Below are positions 1 through 9,592 of a stretch of 64,000 nucleotides of DNA, piece by piece. Source of the DNA: Desulfurobacteriaceae bacterium (lineage in GTDB: Bacteria; Aquificota; Aquificia; Desulfurobacteriales; Desulfurobacteriaceae); assembly GCA_027075275.1 (NCBI GenBank), contig JALTBO010000083.1:4522-68521 (forward strand). Direction: 5' to 3'. Every line of letters starts with the position of its first letter. The stretch's first letter is position 1. A model generated the notes under the pieces. That model saw only the letters and a program-made list of their open reading frames with translations, was not told the DNA's origin and did not search any database. The position numbers were made by a program, and so were the translations under genes.

Positions 1-93
1 AACTATTCCAAAGAGCGTAAGAAATGTAAGGAGAGATAAAAGCAGCGTTTTAAAAGCTTCTGAGAATACGTATCTGTCTAATATCTTTACCAT
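1..93 (-). CDS. lptG: LPS export permease LptG/LptF family, N-terminus only (runs off window edge)
   Basis: Manual translation from ATG at 93: MVKILDRYVFSEAFKTLLLSLLTFLTLFGIV. 'ILDRY' start is typical of the family; overlaps lptF stop. Confidence 0.75.
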   Translation of the reverse strand, partial: MVKILDRYVFSEAFKTLLLSLLTFLTLFGIV

Positions 94-1166
94 CTCGTCC
101 CGGTGTTAATTGAGAGTTTCTCTTTTATTGCACCGTAGTAACCGACTGCGGAAAGAGCGCCAAAAATAATATCGGGAAGAAGAGAAAGAGCCGGATTTCC
201 CAATTTAACGGCAACTTTCTTTGACACCGTATAGAGGATGTAATAGAGCACAATCAGCAGAAGACCAAAAGCTATACCGGTTCCCATACTTCCTCTTGGA
301 AGTGATACTGCTACCGAAAAGGCAAGTATTCCAACTATTAGCGGAGAAAGAGATAGGCAGACTCTTTTAAGGAGCTCCGTTCTTCCTTCCACACTGTTAT
401 CTCGTATTAACTGAAATAGTGTTTTGTATTTCTCTGCACTGAACTTCTCCTTCTTTGAAAACCTGTAGAGCTCCACTGTGTAATCCTTGAATTTCAGCAG
501 CTTGAACTCTTCCGGCTTCTTCCAATTTATCAGCTGGGCGCTGCCGTTGTATATGTCAAGGAAAACCGTATCTCCTACAGTTCTTAAAGTTCCCTTTTTC
601 CCGAAAATTGTCAGTAGTTCACTCTTTTTCTGAAGGGAGACCATAAAGTTCTCTATGAGACCTTTCTCTGGAAATACCTTCTCAACGTAGAAGGTTACTC
701 CTGGGAAGTTTGATGAGAAGTTCTTGGGAGAAATGCTCATTGTTATTTTCTTCTTCAGGAGTTTCTCAAGCTCTTTTTTCATTGCAACGTTACTCTCAGG
801 AGCCAGAAACATTAAGGAGTAGAAAGAAAAGAGGGAAAACAGCAAACCTATAAAGAAGATAGGAACAGATATCTGTTTTACACTGATCCCGCACGATTTC
901 AGTGCCACCAGTTCGTTGTTGTTTCCCATCTGTATAAACAGAACAATAACAGATATGACAAAAGAGATAGGAATTACTATTCCGAAAAAAGCTGGTAGTC
1001 CTTTTAGAAGAACTGAAAGAAAGTCAAAGAAGGAAACTCCCTGACCTAAAACGGTTTCTGCTATTGTAGATGCTCTATCTACAAGAATTACAAAGAGAAA
1101 CAGGAGAAAGGAGATGAAAACAAGTTTTAGGAGTTCTCCAGAGATGTACCTGTATAAAGTTTTCAT
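87..1166 (-). CDS. lptF: LPS export ABC permease LptF/LptG family
   Basis: MKTLYRYI start, 'NELVALKSCGIS' motif, 3 TM + periplasmic domain + 3 TM layout. Confidence 0.85.
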   Translation of the reverse strand: MKTLYRYISGELLKLVFISFLLFLFVILVDRASTIAETVLGQGVSFFDFLSVLLKGLPAFFGIVIPISFVISVIVLFIQMGNNNELVALKSCGISVKQISVPIFFIGLLFSLFSFYSLMFLAPESNVAMKKELEKLLKKKITMSISPKNFSSNFPGVTFYVEKVFPEKGLIENFMVSLQKKSELLTIFGKKGTLRTVGDTVFLDIYNGSAQLINWKKPEEFKLLKFKDYTVELYRFSKKEKFSAEKYKTLFQLIRDNSVEGRTELLKRVCLSLSPLIVGILAFSVAVSLPRGSMGTGIAFGLLLIVLYYILYTVSKKVAVKLGNPALSLLPDIIFGALSAVGYYGAIKEKLSINTGTRW

Positions 1167-2050
1167 TTCTCCTTCTTAACGTATTTGTACCAGTCAACAA
1201 CTATTGCACTCGCAATAAAAATAGAGGAGTAAGTTCCGACTGTTATTCCAACTAACAGAACAAATGCAAAGTCGTTTATAACGCCTCCTCCAAACAGGTA
1301 GAGACAGAGAACAACGAACAGGGTTGTAAGAGAGGTGATTACCGTTCTTGAGAGTGTCTGGTTTATACTGTCGTTTACTATTTCCTCAAAGGGTTTGCTC
1401 CTTAACAGTACTTTCATGTTTTCTCTGATTCTGTCGTAAACAACTATAGTGTCGTTTATTGAATAACCTATTACCGTTAAAAGGGCTGCAATTACCGGAA
1501 GGCTGAACTCCCTTCCTACAGACATAAATATTCCTGTTGTTGCAAGGGCATCGTGTATTAGAGCCAGAACGGCACCGAAGGCGAATATAGGTTCAAACCG
1601 CCAGGCAACGTAGATGAGTATTCCTATTAGAGCGTAGATTATTGCCATTATCCCTTTTTCTCTCAGCTCTTTTCCAACTGTTGGGCCTATCATTTCCACT
1701 TTTCTTATCTCAACCTTGCCGTCAAACTTCTCTTTCAGGACTTTCCGTATTATCTTTACCGTTTTGTTTGGGTCTTTGTCTGCAGGTGCTTTTATCATAA
1801 AGTCGTTTTTCCCTTCTCCCTCAACGTTCTGAACCAAGACACCTTCAACTTTTCCTTTAAACAGTTCCCTCAGGGTTCCCGTATTTATTTGAGGTTCCTC
1901 TACTCTAACCTCAACTAAAACTCCTCCTGTAAAGTCAATTCCGAACTTTGGGCCTTTTATGAGAGCTCCGTAAACCCAGCTTCCGATTATGAGAGTCAGT
2001 GAAAGCAAGTAAGCCCAATATCTGTTTCCTATGAAGTCAAACTTTTTCAT
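1163..2050 (-). CDS. secF: Protein translocase subunit SecF
   Basis: GIDFTGG, GPTVGKEL, GYSINDTIVVYDRIRE motifs. Confidence 0.97.
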   Translation of the reverse strand: MKKFDFIGNRYWAYLLSLTLIIGSWVYGALIKGPKFGIDFTGGVLVEVRVEEPQINTGTLRELFKGKVEGVLVQNVEGEGKNDFMIKAPADKDPNKTVKIIRKVLKEKFDGKVEIRKVEMIGPTVGKELREKGIMAIIYALIGILIYVAWRFEPIFAFGAVLALIHDALATTGIFMSVGREFSLPVIAALLTVIGYSINDTIVVYDRIRENMKVLLRSKPFEEIVNDSINQTLSRTVITSLTTLFVVLCLYLFGGGVINDFAFVLLVGITVGTYSSIFIASAIVVDWYKYVKKEK

Positions 2051-2058
2051 CTCTGCTC

Positions 2059-3729
2059 CTAAACCCTGAAGATTTGAGGCTTGAACTTGACTAAAAGGTC
2101 AAGGAAGACTTTTGTAACGAAAACGGCTGTAAACATGCTTGAGAGGATACCTAAGGAGAGGGTTACGGCGAAGCCTTTTATGGGACCCGTTCCAAACTGG
2201 AACAGAACAGCAGCAGCAATCAGCGTTGTTACGTTGGCGTCAAGGATAGTACCCCAGGCCCTTGAAAAACCGGCCTCAACGGCTGAAAAGAGGTTCCGGC
2301 CTTTTCGGAGCTCCTCCCTTATCCTCTCAAAGATTATGACGTTTGCGTCAACCGCCATACCAACTGTAAGGATGAAGCCTGCAATGCCGGGCAGCGTGAG
2401 GGTTGCTCCTAAAACCACCATCATTGCCCACAGAAGAACTACGTTCATGAGAAGGGCGAGGTCTGCGATAACGCCGGCTGTTTTGTAGTAAACGGCCATA
2501 AAGAGCATAACGATTACAATTCCGGCTATTCCGGCCTTTATTCCCTTCTCTACAGACTCTTTACCCAAAGATGGACCGACTGTTGTCTCCTCAATTATCT
2601 TTACAGGTGCAGGGAGAGCTCCTGCCCTCAGAACAATTGAAAGGTCTCTGGCTTCCTGGTATGTAAACTGGCCTGTTATCTGTCCTCTCGCTCCAATTTC
2701 GCTCCTTATCACAGGTGCAGACTGAACTTTGTTGTCAAGGACGATTGCAAGCCTTGTTCCTATGTGGTTTTTGGTGTAGTTTGAGAATATCCTTGCTCCT
2801 TCGTCTTTTAGAACGAAACTTACTGCAGGCATTCCTGTTTCATCCTGGCTCGGGTAGGCGTCTTTCAGGTAGGCACCTGTGAGAATAGGCTCCCTTTTGA
2901 GGATAAAGAAGGTGTAGCCTACAACTTTCCCTTCTTTGTTCTTTATTTCCTCATAGAGTATCTGTTGGTCTTCAGGAACGTGGCCGCCGAACTTCTCTAC
3001 AAGCTCCTCTAAACTCTTAACTTTCAGCTCTTCTTCTTTACCGTTTCTGACTATAAAGAATTTGGGCCCTGAAGGAGAGGGTTTAACAAGAACTGTTGCA
3101 CCGTTTGGAATTGTCCCTCCCAATTTTGTTATCAGCTCGTCGGGAGTTCTGGCTGTATCAACAACCTCTTTAAACTCAAGGTTTGCAACTTTCCCAATAA
3201 CCTTTTTTGCCCTTTCTGGGTTTTTAACGCCGGGGAGCTCCACAATTATCCTGTCTTTCCCGTTTCTAACAATTACCGGCTCTGCAACGCCTAACTGGTC
3301 AATCCTGTTCCTTATGGTTTCAAGTGCCTGTTCTGCCAGCCTGTCTATCTCTTTACTCTTGTAAGAGGGCTTCATCTTCAGAACTATCTCTTTGCCTTTT
3401 GCTGTTATGTTGAACATTTGGCTGTAGTCTTCTTTTATGAGTGAAACAGTCTTTTCTGTGTAGTCTGGAGAGAGGAGCTCTATATCTATTTCTGTCCCTT
3501 TTCTTACGGCTGAAACAACCGGGATGTTTTCCTCCTCCAGTTTTCTCTTTATCTCCCTTAAGGCAGTAGAAGTTTCGTCTTCAAGGGCTTTTTCTGTGTC
3601 TATCTGGAGGACTAAGTGGGTCCCTCCTTTCAGGTCAAGTCCTAAGTTTATCGGTTTTGTCAGGTCAAGGTAGAGGGCTCCCAGAAATATTGCTACAACA
3701 AAGAGCAGCTTCCACTTCAGGTTCTTCAT
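2059..3729 (-). CDS. secD: Protein translocase subunit SecD
   Basis: LGLDLKGG, RIDQLGVAEP, GMAVDANVIIFERIREE. Start moved to MKNLK (3729), which has an AAGGGAG RBS. Confidence 0.97.
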   Translation of the reverse strand: MKNLKWKLLFVVAIFLGALYLDLTKPINLGLDLKGGTHLVLQIDTEKALEDETSTALREIKRKLEEENIPVVSAVRKGTEIDIELLSPDYTEKTVSLIKEDYSQMFNITAKGKEIVLKMKPSYKSKEIDRLAEQALETIRNRIDQLGVAEPVIVRNGKDRIIVELPGVKNPERAKKVIGKVANLEFKEVVDTARTPDELITKLGGTIPNGATVLVKPSPSGPKFFIVRNGKEEELKVKSLEELVEKFGGHVPEDQQILYEEIKNKEGKVVGYTFFILKREPILTGAYLKDAYPSQDETGMPAVSFVLKDEGARIFSNYTKNHIGTRLAIVLDNKVQSAPVIRSEIGARGQITGQFTYQEARDLSIVLRAGALPAPVKIIEETTVGPSLGKESVEKGIKAGIAGIVIVMLFMAVYYKTAGVIADLALLMNVVLLWAMMVVLGATLTLPGIAGFILTVGMAVDANVIIFERIREELRKGRNLFSAVEAGFSRAWGTILDANVTTLIAAAVLFQFGTGPIKGFAVTLSLGILSSMFTAVFVTKVFLDLLVKFKPQIFRV

Positions 3730-3772
3730 TGGAACTCCCTTTTCTAAACTTGAGTCTGAATAATACAAAATC

Positions 3773-4444
3773 TTACAGGTCTGTATCGTTAATTTTTAAA
3801 CGGAATTTAAATCCTAAAATCTGGCTGGCCCTTCTGCACATCTCCATTCTGGGCTGGAATATTGAAAAGTAGTCAAGAAGGTCTGAGATGGTTGTGTCTA
3901 TCTTCAGAACCAGTTTTATTATTTTCCTCTCTTTTTCCACCTCTAAGTTGCTGTAAAGAACGGCGTAGTTTACCCTGTCGTGGATATCTTCCCGTATTGT
4001 TTTTCTGCTCCTTACCCTTGTTCTGTGGACGTGGGATTTGTCCGCAATTACGAGGGCTGCTGCAACTTCTGTTGCAGGCTCTCCGGTTCCCTCTTCGTGG
4101 TTTCCTATGGCAAAGGTTATCTCTGTAAGGTCGTCGTCTAAGTACTCTTTGCCCTTAAGGAGCTGATAAGCAAGGAGAGCTCCGCTCTGGGCGTGGTCGT
4201 GCCGTGAAACTATGTGGCCTATGTCGTGCAGGAGCCCTGCCACTCCCGCAAGTTCTGAGAGCCGTCTGTCTTCCACCGTTTCCATTAAAAGCCAACGGGC
4301 CTTTTCTGCAACCCAGCCAACGTGTTTAATCCCGTGGTCTGTGTAGCCCATTCTCTCAAGGAAGTAGTCGGCCCTGTTTATGTAATAGAGGATACGCCTG
4401 TCTTTGAGGAGCTCCCTGTAGGTGGGAAACTCTATCTCTTTCAC
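3773..4444 (-). CDS. HD-domain phosphohydrolase
   Basis: H...LLHDIGH...H...IADK metal-binding motifs. Confidence 0.85.
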   Translation of the reverse strand: MKEIEFPTYRELLKDRRILYYINRADYFLERMGYTDHGIKHVGWVAEKARWLLMETVEDRRLSELAGVAGLLHDIGHIVSRHDHAQSGALLAYQLLKGKEYLDDDLTEITFAIGNHEEGTGEPATEVAAALVIADKSHVHRTRVRSRKTIREDIHDRVNYAVLYSNLEVEKERKIIKLVLKIDTTISDLLDYFSIFQPRMEMCRRASQILGFKFRLKINDTDL

Positions 4445-5133
4445 TTTACCTCCCTTATGCTGACGTCTCCTGAGAATAGTCTTTTTATTCCCTTTTCCGT
4501 CTCAACTATGAGGGCTCCCTCCCTGTCAATTCCCAGAGCTCTCCCGGTAAACGTTTCATCTTCCTTCTCAACTCTTATTTCACTTCCTATCAGCGGGCAG
4601 TTTTCTTCAAACAGTTCCACTTTAAACTTCTCTTCCTCAAGGAGCCGGTGGGCTTCAAGTATACTCTCGTAGAGTTCCATTAAAAGTCTTTCCCTGTCAA
4701 ACTCTATTCCTTCGGCCGAGAGGGATGTTGCTGGAACTGGAAAGAGGGAGAGTTCCTTTCGGGTGTAGTAGAGGTTTATTCCAACTCCCACAACTGTTCT
4801 GTCTTTCAGGCCTTCGGTTAGAATTCCGGCAACTTTCCTGCCGTTTATGTACACATCGTTGGGCCACTTAAGGTAAAAACGGTCTGAGAAAGCTGAAAGA
4901 CTCTTAAATACAGCCCACCCAAAGGCAAGGCTTGAGAGACTGACGTTTTTCTCTATAGGCCTCAGGAGAAAAGAGGCATAAAGCCCTTTATCCCTTTCGG
5001 ATAGCCAACGCTTTCCTCTCCTTCCCTTGCCTTCCGTCTGCTCTCTGGCAACTATGCAGAGGCCGTGACAGAACGGAACTCTCTTCGCTTCTTCGTTTGT
5101 TGAGTCAACCTTTTCCAAGTGGACCACAATCAT
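4441..5133 (-). CDS. birA: Biotin-[acetyl-CoA carboxylase] ligase (no HTH domain)
   Basis: DSTN, QTEGKGRRG, LKWPND, KVAGIL motifs. Confidence 0.95.
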   Translation of the reverse strand: MIVVHLEKVDSTNEEAKRVPFCHGLCIVAREQTEGKGRRGKRWLSERDKGLYASFLLRPIEKNVSLSSLAFGWAVFKSLSAFSDRFYLKWPNDVYINGRKVAGILTEGLKDRTVVGVGINLYYTRKELSLFPVPATSLSAEGIEFDRERLLMELYESILEAHRLLEEEKFKVELFEENCPLIGSEIRVEKEDETFTGRALGIDREGALIVETEKGIKRLFSGDVSIREVK

Positions 5134-5183
5134 GGCTCTTTATCTTATAACATTTCTGGTAAAGTGTTTATAATTCCACGGCT

Positions 5184-6032
5184 ATGAAGTGGACAGTTGG
5201 AAACCTGTTAAAGAGAGCTGCCGATATCCTGAGAGAGAGGGGAAGCCGCTCGCCGCGGCTTGACGCTGAGCTTCTCCTTGTTTACTCCTTGAATTTAAAG
5301 AACAGGGTAGAGCTCTACACCAACTTTGATAGGCCTTTAACGGATGAGGAGGTGGAGAACTACAGGCAGCTTATCATAAGGCGGGCAAAGGGTGAGCCGG
5401 TAGCTTACATAACCGGCAGAAAGGAATTTTACGGTTTTGAGTTTTACGTGGAAAGAGGCGTTTTAATACCGAGACCTGAGACGGAGCTCCTTGTTGAAAC
5501 GGTTTACGATTTCCTTAGGGGAAAAGAGAGTTTAACAGTTGTTGACGTTGGAACCGGAACGGGCTGCATAGCTCTAACCCTTTGTAAACTGACCGATGGG
5601 AAGCACCGATTTTACGGCATAGATATCTCTAAAAAGGCCCTTTCTGTTGCAGAGCTGAACAGGGAAAGGCTTGGGTGTAGAGGTGTCTCTTTTCTCAAAG
5701 GAGACCTTCTCTCTCCGGTTGATTTTCCTGTTGACGTTGTTGTTTCAAACCCACCTTACGTTCCGGTGGGAGATAACCGACTTGATAAAGAGGTTCTGAA
5801 GTTTGAGCCTGCCGTTGCTCTCTTTGGCGGAGAGACAGGTCTTGAGGTAATAGAAAAACTGGTAGTTCAGTCTTCAGAGAAATTAAAACCCGGTGGTCTC
5901 CTTGCCCTTGAGGTGGGAGAGGGTCAGAGTGGAGAGGTTAAATCTCTACTTGAGTCTTCAGGTTTCCACTCGGTTAAGGTTTTAAAAGACCTTTCCGGAA
6001 TAGAGCGGGTAGTGACGGGGGTAAAGAGCTGA
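5184..6032 (+). CDS. prmC: Release factor glutamine methyltransferase
   Basis: GEPVAYITG, LIPRPETE, DVGTGTG, SNPPY. Confidence 0.96.
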   Translation: MKWTVGNLLKRAADILRERGSRSPRLDAELLLVYSLNLKNRVELYTNFDRPLTDEEVENYRQLIIRRAKGEPVAYITGRKEFYGFEFYVERGVLIPRPETELLVETVYDFLRGKESLTVVDVGTGTGCIALTLCKLTDGKHRFYGIDISKKALSVAELNRERLGCRGVSFLKGDLLSPVDFPVDVVVSNPPYVPVGDNRLDKEVLKFEPAVALFGGETGLEVIEKLVVQSSEKLKPGGLLALEVGEGQSGEVKSLLESSGFHSVKVLKDLSGIERVVTGVKS

Positions 6033-7297
6033 TGGAGAAGTTCATTATAAAGGGTGGAAGGGAGCTCCACGGCAGAGTAAAGATCTCCGGTTCAAAGAAC
6101 GCTTCCCTTCCAATACTTTTTGCCTCTATACTTACCGGTGAGCTTGTTCTTTCAAACGTTCCCGACCTTATGGATGTAGCTACAACCTGTGAGCTTTTGG
6201 AACATATGGGATTTACTGTAAGTAGGGAGTCTGGCCGTGTAAAAGTAATAGAGAGAAGCGTTACTCCTGAGGCTCCTTACGAGCTTGTTAAGAAGATGAG
6301 GGCCTCTATTCTTGCTCTTGGTCCGCTCCTTGCCCGTTTCGGCAGAGCTAAAGTTTCCCTCCCGGGAGGGTGTGCAATAGGCTTAAGGCCGGTTGATCTT
6401 CACCTTAAAGGCCTTTCTAAAATGGGGGCAGAGATAGAGATATCCCACGGTTACATAGTGGCTTCCGTTAACGGCAGGCTTAAAGGTGCAGACATCACAC
6501 TTGACTTCCCTACAGTTGGGGGAACGGAGAACCTTTTAATGGCCGCCACCCTTGCAGAGGGAAGAACCGTTATAAGGAACGCTGCCAAAGAGCCTGAAAT
6601 AGTTGACCTTGCAAGGGCTCTAAAGAGTGCCGGTGCCTGTATAGAGGGTGAGGGGACAGACGTTATAGTTGTTGAGGGAAGGAGGGAGCTCTCTCCCATC
6701 GTTCACTCTGTAATGCCCGACAGGATAGAGGCTGGAACCTTCCTCTCGGCCGTTGCCACCGCCGGTGGAGATGTTGTTATAGAGGACTTCCCTCTTGAAA
6801 CCCTTAAGACCGTTACTGATAAGTTCAGAGAGGCCGGCCTTGAGATAGAGGAGCTCTCGCCTACAGAGGTAAGGGTCAGAAAGAGAGGGAGGCTCAGGGG
6901 GACAGACATAACCACTCAGCCTTATCCCGGCTTTCCCACCGACATGCAGGCCCAGTTTATGGCAGCCATGTGCACGGCAGACGGCGTCTCTGTGATTAAA
7001 GAGACCATATTTGAAAACAGATTTATGCATGCCCTTGAACTTCAAAGGATGGGAGCAGACCTTAAGATTGAGGGAAATACAGTTGTTGTTAAGGGAGTTG
7101 AGAGACTAACCGGAGCAAAGGTTACAGCAACCGATTTAAGGGCCAGTGCCTCCTTAGTAGTTGCTGGGCTTGGCGCAGAAAACACAACAGAGGTTTACAG
7201 GATATATCACCTTGACAGAGGATACGAGAGGCTTGAGAGAAAACTGAGAGCTCTCGGAGCTGAAATAGAGAGAGTTTCCAGTGAGCTTAACTACTAA
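6032..7297 (+). CDS. murA: UDP-N-acetylglucosamine 1-carboxyvinyltransferase
   Basis: SGSKNA, LPGGCAIGLRP, PGFPTDMQAQ, HLDRGYE. Confidence 0.98.
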   Translation: MEKFIIKGGRELHGRVKISGSKNASLPILFASILTGELVLSNVPDLMDVATTCELLEHMGFTVSRESGRVKVIERSVTPEAPYELVKKMRASILALGPLLARFGRAKVSLPGGCAIGLRPVDLHLKGLSKMGAEIEISHGYIVASVNGRLKGADITLDFPTVGGTENLLMAATLAEGRTVIRNAAKEPEIVDLARALKSAGACIEGEGTDVIVVEGRRELSPIVHSVMPDRIEAGTFLSAVATAGGDVVIEDFPLETLKTVTDKFREAGLEIEELSPTEVRVRKRGRLRGTDITTQPYPGFPTDMQAQFMAAMCTADGVSVIKETIFENRFMHALELQRMGADLKIEGNTVVVKGVERLTGAKVTATDLRASASLVVAGLGAENTTEVYRIYHLDRGYERLERKLRALGAEIERVSSELNY

Positions 7298-7308
7298 AGG
7301 AGCGAATA

Positions 7309-7950
7309 ATGGGTTATGAAACTGTAACTGTCGCCCTTCCTAAGGGTAGGCTTCTTAAAGAAGCTGTCAACTTTTTAATAAAGAGCGGTATAGACGCTTC
7401 AGAAACCCTTTCTGAAACCAGAAAGCTTGTCTTCAACTGGAAAAACTTCCGTTTTATTCTGGTCAAACCTATGGACGTTCCGACGTACGTTTACTACGGA
7501 ACGGCCGACGTTGGTATAGCCGGCAAAGATGTGATAGCGGAAAAGGGGTACGACCTTTACGAGCCTTTAGACCTGAAGTTTGGAGCCTGCAGGCTTTCTG
7601 TTGCAGAGCCTAAAAATATAGCTGAACCTTACGACCTTGACAGGCTTTCTTACATCAGAGTTGCAACCAAGTATCCCAGAATAACTGATGCCTACTTTAG
7701 AAATAAAGGTATACATCCTGAAATAATTACTCTGTACGGCTCTGTAGAGCTTGCTCCTCTGGTAGGGCTCTCAGACAGGATTGTTGACCTTGTTCAGACC
7801 GGAACAACCCTTAAAGTCAACGGTTTGAGAGAAGTAGACGTAATACTCCACTCAACGGCCAGGCTGGTTGTTAACAGAGCCAGCCTTAAAACCAAGTACT
7901 CTGTAATAAAGGGAATGGTTGATAGAATGAAGGAGTTCCTTAAAGAATAG
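7309..7950 (+). CDS. hisG: ATP phosphoribosyltransferase, short form
   Basis: ALPKGRL, RVATKYP, GSVELAP, IVDLVQTGTTL; 213 aa. Confidence 0.96.
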   Translation: MGYETVTVALPKGRLLKEAVNFLIKSGIDASETLSETRKLVFNWKNFRFILVKPMDVPTYVYYGTADVGIAGKDVIAEKGYDLYEPLDLKFGACRLSVAEPKNIAEPYDLDRLSYIRVATKYPRITDAYFRNKGIHPEIITLYGSVELAPLVGLSDRIVDLVQTGTTLKVNGLREVDVILHSTARLVVNRASLKTKYSVIKGMVDRMKEFLKE

Positions 7951-7992
7951 GTGGTAAAATAGTTAATGTTCAGCTCTTTACAGGAAGGAAAA

Positions 7993-8964
7993 ATGGCCAT
8001 ATCCTACTTACGGGTTTCCGTAACCGACAGGTGCAACTTCCGGTGTCGCTACTGTATGCCCGAGGGGAAAAAAGAGTTTATCCCTCATCCTGAAATCCTC
8101 AGGTATGAAGAGATTGCTGAAGTAGTCAGGGTCTTCTCCCAATTTGGAGTAACATCTGTCAGGTTAACCGGTGGAGAGCCGCTTGTGAGGAAGGGGCTGG
8201 AAAGCCTCGTTTACCAGCTTAAGGAAATAGATGGAATTAAAGAGGTTTCACTTACAACAAACGGTTTCTTTTTGGAAGAAAAGGCTGAAGCCCTGAAAGA
8301 GGCAGGACTTAACAGAGTTAATGTAAGCCTTGATACTTTAAACCCTGAGAAGTTTTCCTACATAACGAGGGGCGGAGAGGAAGCTTTTTACAGGGTTTTG
8401 AGAGGAATAGAGAAAGCCAGGAATGTGGGGCTTGTTCCTGTAAAAGTAAATACTGTTCTAATAAAGGGTTTTAACGATTCTGAAATTGAGGATTTTGTCA
8501 GGTTTTCTGCCAATTTCGGCGTAGAGGTTCGTTTTATTGAGCTTATGCCTGTGGGAGGGCAGTTTTTCAGCAGGGAGAACTTTATACCCATCTCTACGGT
8601 TAGGGAGCTCCTTGAGGAGAAGTTCGGTGAGCTCCAGCCTGTAAAAACCGTTAAAATGGGTCCTGCAAAGAGCTTCAGGGTTGGAGACACAGGAGCTGTT
8701 GTTGGTTTTATTCCTTCTGTAAGCCAGCACTTCTGTTCCGAGTGTAACAGGGTGAGGCTCACCTCAGACGGAAAACTGAGACTTTGCCTTATGTCAGACA
8801 GGGAAATTGACCTTAAGTCAGTTCTGCGCTCTCCAGAAGGTTATTCAGAGGAAATGCTGAAGAAAGTGATAGCGGGAGCTCTCCTCCTTAAAAAGAACGT
8901 TAACGGGATAGAGGCCCTTGAGTCTCTTGGATGTTCAAGGAAAATGTTTACCATAGGGGGATAG
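7993..8964 (+). CDS. moaA: GTP 3',8-cyclase (radical SAM)
   Basis: CNFRCRYC, TGGEP, FCSECNRVRLT...C, C-terminal IGG. Start at 7993 follows a GGAAGG RBS. Confidence 0.96.
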   Translation: MAISYLRVSVTDRCNFRCRYCMPEGKKEFIPHPEILRYEEIAEVVRVFSQFGVTSVRLTGGEPLVRKGLESLVYQLKEIDGIKEVSLTTNGFFLEEKAEALKEAGLNRVNVSLDTLNPEKFSYITRGGEEAFYRVLRGIEKARNVGLVPVKVNTVLIKGFNDSEIEDFVRFSANFGVEVRFIELMPVGGQFFSRENFIPISTVRELLEEKFGELQPVKTVKMGPAKSFRVGDTGAVVGFIPSVSQHFCSECNRVRLTSDGKLRLCLMSDREIDLKSVLRSPEGYSEEMLKKVIAGALLLKKNVNGIEALESLGCSRKMFTIGG

Positions 8965-8967
8965 TAG

Positions 8968-9222
8968 ATGGAACTTTTAATAACCATTGACCTTACCGTT
9001 ATTGCCCTCTGCTTTGTTGCTATAACCGTTGGAATTGTTGTCCTTTCAGTAATAGGCTATAGAGTCCTGAAGAAACTTGAGGAGAGCGTTGATACCGTTA
9101 ACAACCAGCTTAAACCGGCCGTTTTAGAGCTCAAATCTACAATCTCCTCAATAACAGAATCACTTCAGGTTGTTTCATCTTCCCTCTCATTCGTTAAAAA
9201 ATTGAAGAGAAAAAGAAATTGA
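8968..9222 (+). CDS. Small membrane protein, DUF948/YoxC-like
   Basis: N-terminal TM helix followed by coiled coil; sits next to a YtxH-like gene. Confidence 0.6.
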   Translation: MELLITIDLTVIALCFVAITVGIVVLSVIGYRVLKKLEESVDTVNNQLKPAVLELKSTISSITESLQVVSSSLSFVKKLKRKRN

Positions 9223-9225
9223 GAG

Positions 9226-9248
9226 TTCCCACTTCAGTGAAATGGGAA
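9226..9248. promoter_or_regulatory. Intergenic near-perfect inverted repeat TTCCCACTTCA-G-TGAAATGGGAA
   Basis: 11-bp arms with one mismatch and a 1-nt centre; no U-tract. Confidence 0.4.
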
Positions 9249-9289
9249 ATAGATTAACTAATCAGGTAGAACTTTAAAGGAGGGAGACG

Positions 9290-9589
9290 ATGAAAAAAGG
9301 TTCTTTAATGTTCATTTTGGGAACCCTTGTAGGTGCAGGAGCTGCTTACGTGGCAACAACAAAGAGGGAGGAGCTCCTTAAGAAGTTAGAGGAGCTTCAG
9401 GAACAGCTGAAAGAGAGTGACCTTCCTGAAAGGACAAAGTCTCTTGTAAGGGAGATCTCAGACTCTATAAAGCAGCTTCTTTCCTCCGGTGAAGAGGAGA
9501 TGTCCGACGAGGAGAAAAAGTCAATTCTTGAGGAGGTTGAAGCAAAAATCCAGAAACTTGAGGAGACCATTCAGAAGGAGGGAGAGTAG
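9290..9589 (+). CDS. YtxH-domain protein
   Basis: 'FILGTLVGAGAAYV' hydrophobic N-terminus plus charged coiled coil; strong AGGAGG RBS. Confidence 0.7.
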   Translation: MKKGSLMFILGTLVGAGAAYVATTKREELLKKLEELQEQLKESDLPERTKSLVREISDSIKQLLSSGEEEMSDEEKKSILEEVEAKIQKLEETIQKEGE

Positions 9590-9592
9590 TCT

